Shown here one piece after another: positions 1 through 8,720 of a stretch of DNA of 64,000 nt; the stretch's first letter is position 1; the number at the start of each line of letters is the position of its first letter. The DNA is from Planctomycetales bacterium (GTDB taxonomy: Bacteria > 4484-113). Position numbers and translations under genes: made by a program. The notes beneath the pieces are model-generated. The model ran no database searches. It was not told the DNA's origin and was given only the letters and a program-made list of their open reading frames with translations. The stretch covers positions 176,696-240,695 of the forward strand of contig JAUWGS010000001.1 in assembly GCA_030606285.1 (NCBI GenBank). The letters run 5' to 3'.

Positions 1-23
1 AGCTCTCGTGTCGGAGACGCTTA

Positions 24-713
24 ATGCTCTATGCGCTGATTGATACTTCAGGAAACAGCGTTTTGACAGCCATCGCAGATGGTGACGGCTCCATTCTGAG
101 CGCAGGAGTTCACGAGCACACACCGGAGAACGCTTCTCGGCTGTCTGAGCTTTTCGCGGAATGCCTTAGCGAGGCTGGCGCTGAGCGAGGCGACATAACT
201 CATCTGGGAGTCGGGATTGGCCCAGGCTCGTTTATTGGCACACGGACCGGAGTGGCCTTTGCGAACGGGATGGCTGCAGCTCTTTTACTGCCTGTCGCAG
301 CGCTAAGCAGCCTGCAGACTGCGGCGGCAATCGCAATACTCGAGACTCCGAACGTTGCGGTTGTCCGCTGCGGCAGGAGGAAGGCGTACTTCGTCGGCAT
401 CTATGAACGGGACACTGACGGGATGACCGCAGTATCTGTCGAGCCTGAACGCGAGCTGCCGGAAGCAGGAATCCCGGAGCTACTCGAACGTCTTGCTGGG
501 GTCGCACGCGGTGTAGATGTCCTTGTGGTGACTGACTCGGAGCAGGTCTTTGCCGCACTAAGGGCGAACGAACTGCCTGCGCGCATTGACGCGGTGTTTC
601 GCGGGAACGTTGTGGACCTTCGAGGCATGGCGCTTATGGTGGTGCAGGAGGTCTCCGCGGGGCGGACTCGCCCCTGGGCGGACGTCACTTACCTACGCCC
701 TGCTGTATTGTAG
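24..713 (+). CDS. tsaB: tRNA threonylcarbamoyladenosine biosynthesis protein TsaB (YeaZ family)
   Basis: 229 aa. It has the ASKHA-fold TsaB signature GxGPGSFxGxRxG (…LGVGIGPGSFIGTRTGVAF…) and lacks the TsaD metal-binding motifs. Confidence 0.8.
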   Translation: MLYALIDTSGNSVLTAIADGDGSILSAGVHEHTPENASRLSELFAECLSEAGAERGDITHLGVGIGPGSFIGTRTGVAFANGMAAALLLPVAALSSLQTAAAIAILETPNVAVVRCGRRKAYFVGIYERDTDGMTAVSVEPERELPEAGIPELLERLAGVARGVDVLVVTDSEQVFAALRANELPARIDAVFRGNVVDLRGMALMVVQEVSAGRTRPWADVTYLRPAVL

Positions 714-716
714 TCC

Positions 717-1718
717 TTGTTGGGAGGAGCGATGATGTCCTTTGCTCAAAGAGTTGTCTCGGCGTCTAAAACCAAGCGCACACTTCTGATCCTGGGAATG
801 GATCCGGATTTTGGTCGAATCAAGGATGACTTCTCGGGGCAGAGGATCGATCTGGGGGATGAGCCGGCACGCATAATGGAATCGCTGCCGTTCTCGCGAA
901 TGCACGAGACAATGCCCCTTCCCGATGATTTCAAGCAGGCTTACTTGCAGCTACTGAACTTCGGTGCCCAGACGATATACGCTCTGCGCAACGAAGTGCT
1001 GGGCGTGAAGTTCCAGATTGCGTACTTCGAGGAGGTGGGGCCTCTGGGGCTCCATATTCTGTCTGCGCTGGTCGGTCTCTGTAGAGAACTGGATCTGGTT
1101 GTGATTATGGACGCCAAGCGTGGGGACATCGGCCCGACCTTCACGCGCTATCTGAACGCCTACCTCACAGACACCGGGAACCCACTTTCGCTGGAAGCGG
1201 ACGCGATGACGGTCAATCCTCTCGTTGGCACAGACACCTGGGAATTGTTTCTGCCACATCTGAAGCGCGGTAAGGGTATCTTTCTTCTGACTTATCCGAC
1301 CGCGCCCGGCGCCGAGGAGATAATGGAGTCGCAGGTGGCTGGTGAGCCGTTGTGGAGGCTTCTGGCTCGGGCTGCCAACGACATCGTCCAGGTGAATTCA
1401 CTTGAGGCCGAACCGGCTAATCTGGGTCTTGTTTCAGGAGCCCTGCGCCCTGTAATGGGTGAGCGCATACGAGAAGCATTCCCTGGCGCGCTTTTCCTTG
1501 TACCTGGAGTGGGAGCGCAGGGTGGCACAATGGCCAGTGCTTCGGCTTTTACCGGTGGGCGCAACTGGGCGTTGTTCCCCGCGAGCCGGGCCTTGCTATA
1601 CGCTTATACGAACTCGGACATCGCTCCTGAGAAAAGAGGAGAGGAGTTCTGGAGGGCAAGTCTCGCGCAGGCTCAATCGTACAACCAAGAGCTGCGCAAG
1701 ACACTGAGGTTTGACTAG
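717..1718 (+). CDS. pyrF: orotidine 5'-phosphate decarboxylase, type 2 (long form)
   Basis: 333 aa with the DxKRGDIG motif (VIMDAKRGDIGPT) typical of type-2 PyrF. It follows tsaB after a 3-nt gap. Confidence 0.75.
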   Translation: MLGGAMMSFAQRVVSASKTKRTLLILGMDPDFGRIKDDFSGQRIDLGDEPARIMESLPFSRMHETMPLPDDFKQAYLQLLNFGAQTIYALRNEVLGVKFQIAYFEEVGPLGLHILSALVGLCRELDLVVIMDAKRGDIGPTFTRYLNAYLTDTGNPLSLEADAMTVNPLVGTDTWELFLPHLKRGKGIFLLTYPTAPGAEEIMESQVAGEPLWRLLARAANDIVQVNSLEAEPANLGLVSGALRPVMGERIREAFPGALFLVPGVGAQGGTMASASAFTGGRNWALFPASRALLYAYTNSDIAPEKRGEEFWRASLAQAQSYNQELRKTLRFD

Positions 1719-1740
1719 AGGCGCAGTTTAGGCTGTTCGT

Positions 1741-2646
1741 TTACTCCACAGGGGAGAAGACCAGCTTGTACTCATAGATCATTATCTTGATGTTGGGCAC
1801 GGTCTTGGTGGCGAAGCGGAGCGCATCGGGAACCTCAGGTGCCAGGATGATCGCACGCACTTTGCGGTCTTTCATTTGCTCGTGAGCCCAGCCTAGATTG
1901 ACGAGCAGGTCGGTAATCACCTGCTGCTCAGGTGGCCGGTCGAAGACTTTGACTATGACAAGGGCATTATCCTTGCCTGCGGCGAGCACATCAGCATCCG
2001 CGAGCTTTGCAGGGAATTTGCCCGCAGCCGGGTCACCAGGCAGTGGCTTGAGTCCATCCTCGACCTCATTGAGGTTCGACGCCAAGGCTTCGTGTATATC
2101 CATTTCGGGTTCCGCCTCCTTGTCTTGTTTAAGAGCGATTTCCTCTTTCTCAGCCGCCGGTTCTGGCTTGGCCTTCACGGACGGGTGAGGTTTCGTAGGT
2201 ACCTTCCGGCCTGCAGCCGGCACAGGCTCAGCTTTGGCGCTTATCTTCGGCTCTGGCACACTCTCTTTGCCTGTCACGGCCTTGGCCTTGCCGGGCTCAA
2301 CTAAAGAGGGCTCTCCGGCCATCTTCCGGACGGCCAGCTCGCCGTCAGCCTCTGAGATCTCCCAGTGCCCGTGCTGTTCCGGGTCAAACGAAACGTACTG
2401 CCCGAAGTCTACGCGATATAGGCAGTCGATCTCAGGATCGTTGGCTACTCGTGGTGTATGGTTCTCCGGGAAGCTAACGCGTGTCGGCATGTTAACACAG
2501 CAGATGGTGACCTGTGAGCGAATCTTGCCTTCGTCGATTTGCGGGTACTTCTTGCTCACGTAGCGAACAATCTCCGAAGGCGTGGTGGGTTGATCCAGAT
2601 GCTCCATTGCTTCCCGAATCAGCTCAGCAGGCGACTTTTCAGCCAT
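1741..2646 (-). CDS. hypothetical fusion protein: N-terminal winged-helix-like domain plus C-terminal NucS/DUF91-like PD-(D/E)xK nuclease domain
   Basis: 301 aa. The C-terminus (…DVLAAGKDNALVIVKVFDRPP…ITDLLVNLGWAH…KVRAIILAPEVP…) matches the architecture of the NucS C-terminal RecB-like nuclease domain. The centre is a Lys/Pro/Glu-rich linker. The N-terminus looks like an HTH but I cannot place it in a family. Confidence 0.55.
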   Translation of the reverse strand: MAEKSPAELIREAMEHLDQPTTPSEIVRYVSKKYPQIDEGKIRSQVTICCVNMPTRVSFPENHTPRVANDPEIDCLYRVDFGQYVSFDPEQHGHWEISEADGELAVRKMAGEPSLVEPGKAKAVTGKESVPEPKISAKAEPVPAAGRKVPTKPHPSVKAKPEPAAEKEEIALKQDKEAEPEMDIHEALASNLNEVEDGLKPLPGDPAAGKFPAKLADADVLAAGKDNALVIVKVFDRPPEQQVITDLLVNLGWAHEQMKDRKVRAIILAPEVPDALRFATKTVPNIKIMIYEYKLVFSPVE

Positions 2647-2905
2647 TCCCAGCGGTTCCTCCCTGAAAAGATAAAGCCGGACCAGCGAACTTCACTCAGA
2701 ACACCAAAGGTGGTCAAAAACTACTCCCCGGTGTCTTGATGAATCTTCTCGTTTTTATTCTACCGCTTTAGCGCAAATGATGCTAGTTGAGCCCGATTTA
2801 GCTGAGTCGCCTGTAGATTTCCGATTAAGGGCAGGAAGCCTGCTTAGCGAAGCTCGCTCAGAAGTAGTGGTCCTCTAGTGCCTGATTCGGAGGATGCTAG
2901 AATAG

Positions 2906-2940
2906 CGTCAGTATCCGCAGACCTCAAGGAGATACTGACG
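2906..2940 (+). promoter_or_regulatory. perfect 10-bp inverted repeat (CGTCAGTATC…GATACTGACG) enclosing the lpd Shine-Dalgarno sequence
   Basis: Seen directly. The arms lie at 2906-2915 and 2931-2940 with a 15-nt spacer containing AAGGAG. The ATG of lpd is at 2942. Confidence 0.4.
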
Positions 2941-2941
2941 T

Positions 2942-4336
2942 ATGGAACGATACGATGTAGCGATTATCGGCGGTGGCCCCGGTGGATATGTCGCAGCAAT
3001 CCGTGCCGCGCAACTCGGTCTCAGCGCAGCTATTATCGAACGCCAGTACTGGGGTGGGGTGTGCTTGAATGTGGGGTGCATCCCCAGCAAGTGTCTGCTT
3101 GAGGACACGCACCTCTATTACGAACTTGTGAAGCACGGAGCGTCGCGAGGCGTGGTAGCCACGGATGTGATGCTGGATTGGTCAGCGATGCAGTCACGCA
3201 AGGCGAAGGTAGTGCAGCAGCTCACACGCGGTGTCGAGGCACTTCTCAAGAGGAACGGCGTCGCGCTGTATTCCGGTGAGGCGCAATTCAAGGACGCAGG
3301 CGCGCTTACAGTTGCAGGTGCAAATGGTCAGAACTATAAGATTATCGCTGATAGCTTCATAATCGCAACTGGTTCTCGTTCGGCAACGCTCCCGCACATT
3401 AAGCCGGACGGGGAGCGCGTGATTACCTCCACTGAGGCGCTTTCACTGCCCAGCGTTCCCAAGTCATTGGCTGTCATTGGAGCAGGTGCTATTGGTCTAG
3501 AAATCGGGAGCGTCTATGCACGGCTGGGGACGGAGGTTTGTTTTGTGGAAATTATGCCACAAGCGTTGCCCGGGATGGATCTCGAGCTTGCGAAGACACT
3601 CGTTCGACAGTTGAAGAAGGATAAAATTTCCGTTCACCTGGAGAGCAAGGTGACCTCCCTGGAAACCTCAAAGGCAGGTGTTGCGCTGTCTGTGAAGGGT
3701 AAGTTCACCGGCACAATCGAAGCTGAACTCGTTTTGCTTTCAGTTGGGCGAGCGCCAGTCATTGATACTCTCAACCTGGACGCGATAGGAGTCAAAACTG
3801 ACAGGAGAGGTTTCATAGAGATCGACGGCGAGTTTCGCACAACCGTGCCTAACGTGCTGGCGATAGGAGATGTGATCGGCGGAATGATGCTGGCGCATAA
3901 GGCCAGCCACGAGGGTATTGCGGCCGCTGAAGTGCTGGCAGGCTGCCCTCATCCGATGTCACGGTTGGTTCCCGCCGTGGTCTACACGTCGCCGGAAGTA
4001 GCCAGTATCGGATTGACTGCACAACAGGCAGTGGAGGAAGGACATAAGGTGAAGGTTGGTAAGTTCTTCTTTGGCGCGAATGGCAGAGCCATGGCAATGA
4101 ACGAGGCGGTTGGCCTGGTGATGGTCGTGTCGGATGAAGACAGCGATGAGATGCTTGGAGCGCATATGGTCGGGCCGATGGCCGGCGAACTGATACACGA
4201 AGCTGCGGTGGCGCTGGCTGCTCGAATGAAGCTGACTGAATACCAGCAGCTTGTGCGTGCGCACCCAACGCTGGCCGAAGCCATCGGCGAAGCAGCTCTG
4301 GATGCCAATGGTCGCGCGATCCACAAGGCCAGCTGA
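2942..4336 (+). CDS. lpdA: dihydrolipoyl dehydrogenase (E3 component)
   Basis: 464 aa. The N-terminal FAD motif DVAIIGGGPGGYVAA and the redox-active disulfide GGVCLNVGCIPSK are present, as is the C-terminal dimerisation domain with the HAHPTLAE-like motif (RAHPTLAEA). Confidence 0.9.
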   Translation: MERYDVAIIGGGPGGYVAAIRAAQLGLSAAIIERQYWGGVCLNVGCIPSKCLLEDTHLYYELVKHGASRGVVATDVMLDWSAMQSRKAKVVQQLTRGVEALLKRNGVALYSGEAQFKDAGALTVAGANGQNYKIIADSFIIATGSRSATLPHIKPDGERVITSTEALSLPSVPKSLAVIGAGAIGLEIGSVYARLGTEVCFVEIMPQALPGMDLELAKTLVRQLKKDKISVHLESKVTSLETSKAGVALSVKGKFTGTIEAELVLLSVGRAPVIDTLNLDAIGVKTDRRGFIEIDGEFRTTVPNVLAIGDVIGGMMLAHKASHEGIAAAEVLAGCPHPMSRLVPAVVYTSPEVASIGLTAQQAVEEGHKVKVGKFFFGANGRAMAMNEAVGLVMVVSDEDSDEMLGAHMVGPMAGELIHEAAVALAARMKLTEYQQLVRAHPTLAEAIGEAALDANGRAIHKAS

Positions 4337-4509
4337 GCATCGATGCAGCGCATATCTTCGGACGCTATCCTTGTGAATGGTACGCGCCCGATTCCCTAAA
4401 CTCGTGGCTAGAGTGGTGATTGGGGCAGAAGGTGTTGATAAGTTGCCCAGTGTATTTAATGCACGAATCCCTTGTAACATGTTTCTCTGTCCGTCATTAT
4501 TTAATCGGT

Positions 4510-4920
4510 ATACCTCGACCACGCGGAGGGTGAGTTCTTTGAAAGAAGGGCCCTGGTGGATCCCAGCAGTGCGTCGACACCACAGGCATTCGCACTTCGG
4601 TGTGATTGCGGTGGCTGCTGATCACTGCGGAGAACCGGCATAACCGGCTTCCTCCTTCGGGAGAAAGACCTCGCCGGTTCAAAGGGAGCGTCGCGGCGCA
4701 ACACTGCTGTTCCGCAAGGTTCCGCAATGCTGCACCACAGCGTTCCGGGGAGACAGTCCGAGCCTTTCTTGAGGAGGAAGGTGTAGGCGGTTCTTCGGAG
4801 TCATCTATGCATCCTGCGGGAATTCGCCTGTTGAGGCGTGGTCGGTATCTTTGTCAACTGTAGGGCCTCCGCCAGGAGGCTTGGGGTAGAAGTGTCGCGC
4901 TAGCCGCGACACTTTTTTTT
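4510..4920 (+). ncRNA. candidate unknown structured RNA or long structured 3'-UTR, ending in an intrinsic terminator
   Basis: The region is gene-free. An AT-rich promoter-like patch lies at 4443-4505. Three cUUCGg-type tetraloop hairpins occur at ~4581-4594, 4651-4664 and 4783-4796. A 7-bp stem AACCGGC…GCCGGTT spans 4632-4679. The region ends in the terminator at 4892-4920. Confidence 0.3.
4892..4920 (+). terminator. rho-independent terminator (8-bp GC-rich stem GUGUCGCG/CGCGACAC, 5-nt loop, U8 tail)
   Basis: Seen directly: gtgtcgcgctagccgcgacacTTTTTTTT. A second hairpin GCCUCCgccaGGAGGC sits just upstream at 4864-4880. The terminator lies 5 nt from the stop of the convergent gene 4925-5794 and may act bidirectionally. 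Confidence 0.75.
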
Positions 4921-4924
4921 ATGC

Positions 4925-5794
4925 TTACTGTGAATCAGCCAGATCTACATCTACCAGTTGGCGTGGCACAACTTCGAAGTATCGGTTGACCACCCGCATA
5001 TAGCTTGGGAGGCGAATTGAGCCTGCCTCGCCGTCAGATCTCTGTTGAGCTAATGGGCCTGCAAGCAGATCTTCAGCCGGATAATCGGTGATTACGTCCG
5101 GGAATCCAGCCTCGTCAACCACCTTCAGGAAATCGTACACCACTGCTGTAGGCACATAACGCGCCCTTGCTTCGCGGAGTATCGCCGCAGTCCCGATCTT
5201 GTTGAGAAGCAAGCTTGGACCCACTGCATCTGCGCCGATAAGGACGCAGTCCACATCATTCAGGAAGCTGGCAAAGGCTGAATCCGCAAAGACAGTGCAA
5301 GGGACGCCCTCATCCGCCAGCTCACGAGCTAAAACCAGTCCTTCGCACCTGGGTCGACCTTCGCCCACATAGACTTCTGGTGCGTTACCCCGGGCCTTTG
5401 CCTTCAGGATTGCATCGCGTACCAATCCTGAGTAGCTGATGGTGAGGGCTCGGTGATGCCGCGCTAGATATCCAGCAGCCATCTCAGTCACGCGTTCCAG
5501 GTTCGCATTCCACGACAGCTCAAGATCTCGGGATGCGGTTCCTACATCTGTCCCTTCCTCTACGCGTTTCAGGATCAGCGCAATGGCCTGGCTGAGCGAC
5601 ACCATTTCCGGGTGCGCCTCTCGAAGCAGTCTGCGGGCTAGCTCAAGGTCCTTCTGCACCAGGTCTCCATTGCCGCTCAGGCTGACTCCCAAGCGAAGCA
5701 GATGACGCGTCAGTACTGTTGCTCCATGTGTATAGTTAGAAAGCAAGTCACGGAATTCGCCGCTCTCGCAAAGTACGTTGTTGCCGGTCATCAA
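4925..5794 (-). CDS. eIF-2B alpha/beta/delta-like family protein (MtnA / ribose-1,5-bisphosphate isomerase-like)
   Basis: 289 aa. The C-terminal half (…VLIGADAV…LLNKIGTAAILREAR…) resembles the e2B2/MtnA fold. I cannot assign a subfamily. Confidence 0.5.
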   Translation of the reverse strand: MMTGNNVLCESGEFRDLLSNYTHGATVLTRHLLRLGVSLSGNGDLVQKDLELARRLLREAHPEMVSLSQAIALILKRVEEGTDVGTASRDLELSWNANLERVTEMAAGYLARHHRALTISYSGLVRDAILKAKARGNAPEVYVGEGRPRCEGLVLARELADEGVPCTVFADSAFASFLNDVDCVLIGADAVGPSLLLNKIGTAAILREARARYVPTAVVYDFLKVVDEAGFPDVITDYPAEDLLAGPLAQQRSDGEAGSIRLPSYMRVVNRYFEVVPRQLVDVDLADSQ

Positions 5795-6118
5795 GAATTA
5801 AGTATGATAGAACATCTAGGCCATTTCAAGCGAACCTTGAACTGGCACTGCATTTCGAGTTATAATTAAAATAACCCGTCGAACGAACGACGTGCGAGCA
5901 AGAGCTCGGTTACTAAATGTTTGATACCTGCTTGTTTCTGCGGTAGGGCTTGAACGAGTTCGACGAAGTGATGTGCGGAGCGCCTTTATAGCGTCTCTGC
6001 AGACGATGTGACCGGCTGTCCGAACATTGCGCGTGCGCCACGGTGATAGAACCACCGGGCTTGGGTACGTGGCCGGACAGGCTTGAGCCAGCTCGTGTGA
6101 GGCTGGAAGGAGGGATCT

Positions 6119-7357
6119 ATGGCAAAGGTGAAGTTTCTGAGAGACATTCGTAAAGTCGCGCAAATCCCTGAAGACGAGCGTGCACGGCTGGCTCGCGTGC
6201 AGAACAAATACCCTTTCCTGGCCACAGACTATTACCTGAGCCTGATTAATTGGGACGACCCAGATGATCCCCTCCGTCGTATCGTTGTACCCTCCGAGGA
6301 AGAAGTCGTATCATGGGGGCTTGAAGACCCCAGCAATGAAGCCTCCAATTCTGTGATGCCCGGGGTGCAGCACAAGTACTCCGATACCGTTGTCTTTCTC
6401 GCGAGCGACGTGTGCGGTGGGCAGTGCCGCTTTTGCTTCCGTAAGCGGCTGTTTGTGGACAGGGAGAAAAGAGAGACCGCGCTCGACCTGCCTGCGGCGC
6501 TGCAATATGTTCGAAGACATCCTGAGATCTCGAATGTGCTGGTCACCGGTGGTGATACTCTGATGCTTAGCACACAGCGGTTAGCTGCGATACTGGAAGG
6601 ACTATCAGAGATTAAGCACGTTCGCGCAGTTCGGCTTGGCAGCAAGCTCCCCGCTTACTTCCCTCAGCGTATTCTCGATGACCGTGAGCTTCTAAAGCTG
6701 CTGGAGCACCACAGCGCCGGGCACCAACGCATATATGTGATGTCTCACTTCTGTCATCCGCGCGAACTCACTGATATTGCCAGGGCTTCAGTAGACGCAC
6801 TGCTTCGATCAGGCGTTGTCGTCTGCAACCAGACGCCCATCATACAGGGCGTCAATGATGATGTAGACGTGCTCGTTGAACTGATGAACGAGCTCATGGC
6901 GTGTGGCGCAGTTCCCTACTACTTCTTCCAGTGCAGGCCAACCATTGGGAACTTCCCCTATTCAGTGCCCATCACCAGATGCTACTTCCTCATCGAATAT
7001 GCCAAGTACCGAGTATCCGGGCTGGCTCGGCGAGTGCGCTATGTGATAAGCCATGAGCGCGGCAAGATAGAGGTTGTTGGAGTGACCGGCAAGCACATCT
7101 ATGTGAAGTATCACCGTGCCAGAGACGCCAGCAGGGAGGGCAAGTTCCTCGTCTTCTACCGTGACGACGAGGCGTTCTGGTATGACGACCTTCTGGCGCA
7201 GCGCCGTGATACGAGTATGATTGTAACTAGCAGCTGGCAGCCGCACGAGGCGGATAGCGGTGGAATCAACCTGTCGGGAGGTCGGGAGTCCGAGAGGACA
7301 CCAGACGGCAGCGGGCATCCAGGGATCATCGGCCAGAATACTCCATCGGACAACTAG
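6119..7357 (+). CDS. KamA-family radical SAM protein (lysine 2,3-aminomutase-like)
   Basis: 412 aa. It has the CxxxCxxC cluster in the KamA context (VCGGQCRFCFRKR) and the N-terminal KYPFLATDYYLSLI motif typical of lysine 2,3-aminomutases. The C-terminus is an ~50-aa Gly/Ser/Asp-rich tail. Confidence 0.75.
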   Translation: MAKVKFLRDIRKVAQIPEDERARLARVQNKYPFLATDYYLSLINWDDPDDPLRRIVVPSEEEVVSWGLEDPSNEASNSVMPGVQHKYSDTVVFLASDVCGGQCRFCFRKRLFVDREKRETALDLPAALQYVRRHPEISNVLVTGGDTLMLSTQRLAAILEGLSEIKHVRAVRLGSKLPAYFPQRILDDRELLKLLEHHSAGHQRIYVMSHFCHPRELTDIARASVDALLRSGVVVCNQTPIIQGVNDDVDVLVELMNELMACGAVPYYFFQCRPTIGNFPYSVPITRCYFLIEYAKYRVSGLARRVRYVISHERGKIEVVGVTGKHIYVKYHRARDASREGKFLVFYRDDEAFWYDDLLAQRRDTSMIVTSSWQPHEADSGGINLSGGRESERTPDGSGHPGIIGQNTPSDN

Positions 7358-7509
7358 TCGCCAGCGGCGACACACACTACGGCCCCCTTTGGAGTTGCGA
7401 TAGCGGCATCAAAGGGGGGACTTGTGTGAGGTTGTGAGATTCCTCTAGGTCTTAGTGATCCTCGTTGACAGTGCGCCTCGCCTGTACGAGCCGCTCGCTG
7501 CAGCTTGCC

Positions 7510-8220
7510 TCACCTTATCAGCCGGATGCGGTCGATTAAAGCGAGAACCACCATCCACAGCAACCCCACACCAATCAGTATGTGCGGAAAGAAGTCGGCA
7601 ACGCTTGGTTCACCATAGCTCCTGGCGGAGTAACGGATATCGCCGTAAGCCCACATCAATCCTAGCAGTACGAGCATGGCTGGCACGGCTGACTGCCTGT
7701 AGAACCAGTTGGGATTGAGCCGTTCGGTCGCCCGCCAGCGCCTCATGCGCTTTCGCTCTTCTTCCTGAAGCTCCTCTTGCGCAACCTGCGGGTCGAAGTC
7801 GTGGGTGACGTGATGCGCTCGTTTCGTCGTTATGCTCGGATCGGCTTTGTCCTCGAGGAAGGGGCCCGGAGCATTTACGCGGGGAGGCTTTGGCCTGGGT
7901 TTCTCTGCCTCGATCTTCTCTCGCGCCTGTGTATCCAATCGGTGCAGGCGCTCATGCATTGTGGGTTTTCTTGGCTTCCTTCCGCTTGAGGGCACTGCAT
8001 GAGCCGTTACCTCATCAACTTCGATTGCGCGCTTCTGTCCAGAATCTACTGAGATACCGCCGTGCACCGGCGAGTTGCAGTACGCGCATATGCTAACCCA
8101 TTCCGGCTGAAGCCTACCGCAGCCGTCGCATCTGATAAAGGTGATCTCGCAGTGGTCGCAGCGAAGCGTCATCGCGCCAAACTCTGCGCCGCAATTCGGG
8201 CATTTCAGCTTGGCTCTCAC
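7510..8220 (-). CDS. double zinc-ribbon membrane protein, paralog A
   Basis: 236 aa. Two CxxC…CxxC ribbons (CPNCG…CDHC; CDGCG…CAYC) are followed by a charged linker and two predicted TM helices. A GTG start overlaps the upstream stop (GTGA). Confidence 0.6.
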   Translation of the reverse strand: MRAKLKCPNCGAEFGAMTLRCDHCEITFIRCDGCGRLQPEWVSICAYCNSPVHGGISVDSGQKRAIEVDEVTAHAVPSSGRKPRKPTMHERLHRLDTQAREKIEAEKPRPKPPRVNAPGPFLEDKADPSITTKRAHHVTHDFDPQVAQEELQEEERKRMRRWRATERLNPNWFYRQSAVPAMLVLLGLMWAYGDIRYSARSYGEPSVADFFPHILIGVGLLWMVVLALIDRIRLIR

Positions 8221-8720
8221 CTCCGCTTCCCCCGTTGTACCCGCAGGATGATGAGTGAGATGACGCCTATGGTGAAGAGCACAAGCGCGGTTACCGCTAT
8301 TGCCAATCCCATATCATAGTAATATCCGGTGCCACGGCTTAGCTCAAGTTCGGCGAATAGGTCGCTAAACTCATCCAGAAATCGGAGACGAGCCCGGTAC
8401 ATGAAGATCGCAACTACCACCGCGAAAACTGTGCCAAGCGTGAAGTATACAAGAAGCAGTTTTGAACCCAGGCCGAGAGGGTCAAACCAGACGGGCAGGT
8501 CGCCTCTGCGCTTGGATGTCGATGTACCGGGTTCGGGATATTCCAGGGGTACGATGAGCTCTTCGCACTCCGGGCACTTCTTAACGCCCGTGACGACCAG
8601 AACCCCACAGCGCGAGCAACGCTCAAACGCAAAGCTGCAACTCTTGCAGACTAGGTTCTCGCCCAGCGGCTCGGAGCAATAGGGGCAGCGTGGATCCCTG
8701 TCAGTCATCTTCTCATTCAC
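8217..8720 (-). CDS. double zinc-ribbon membrane protein, paralog B
   Basis: 167 aa. Ribbons CPYC…CKSC and CSRCG…CPEC are followed by two TM helices. An in-frame alternative ATG start lies at 8708. Confidence 0.6.
   Translation of the reverse strand: MNEKMTDRDPRCPYCSEPLGENLVCKSCSFAFERCSRCGVLVVTGVKKCPECEELIVPLEYPEPGTSTSKRRGDLPVWFDPLGLGSKLLLVYFTLGTVFAVVVAIFMYRARLRFLDEFSDLFAELELSRGTGYYYDMGLAIAVTALVLFTIGVISLIILRVQRGKRR

Noticed and set aside
3959-4522. 187-aa minus-strand ORF, plus many 60-160-aa ORFs antisense to lpd, the helicase, tricorn and other genes
   Set aside because: Long antisense ORFs are expected in about 60% GC DNA. They are Arg/Pro/Ser-rich, lack motifs, and overlap well-supported genes on the other strand.
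4337-4924. Known housekeeping RNAs (RNase P RNA, tmRNA, SRP/4.5S, 6S) in the long intergenic region
   Set aside because: The conserved RNase P blocks (GGAAAGUCCGG … ACAGAANCCGGCUUA in the right order) are not present. The tmRNA tRNA-like 3' end and tag-ORF are not present. The SRP domain IV motif is not present. Only vague partial resemblances were seen, so it is reported as an unclassified candidate instead.
7381-7421. Inverted repeat GCCCCCTTT…AAAGGGGGGAC between the convergent KamA-family and zinc-ribbon genes, considered as a terminator
   Set aside because: The 8-bp stem has a 20-nt loop and no U-tract on either strand. It may be a weak bidirectional structure but does not qualify as an intrinsic terminator.
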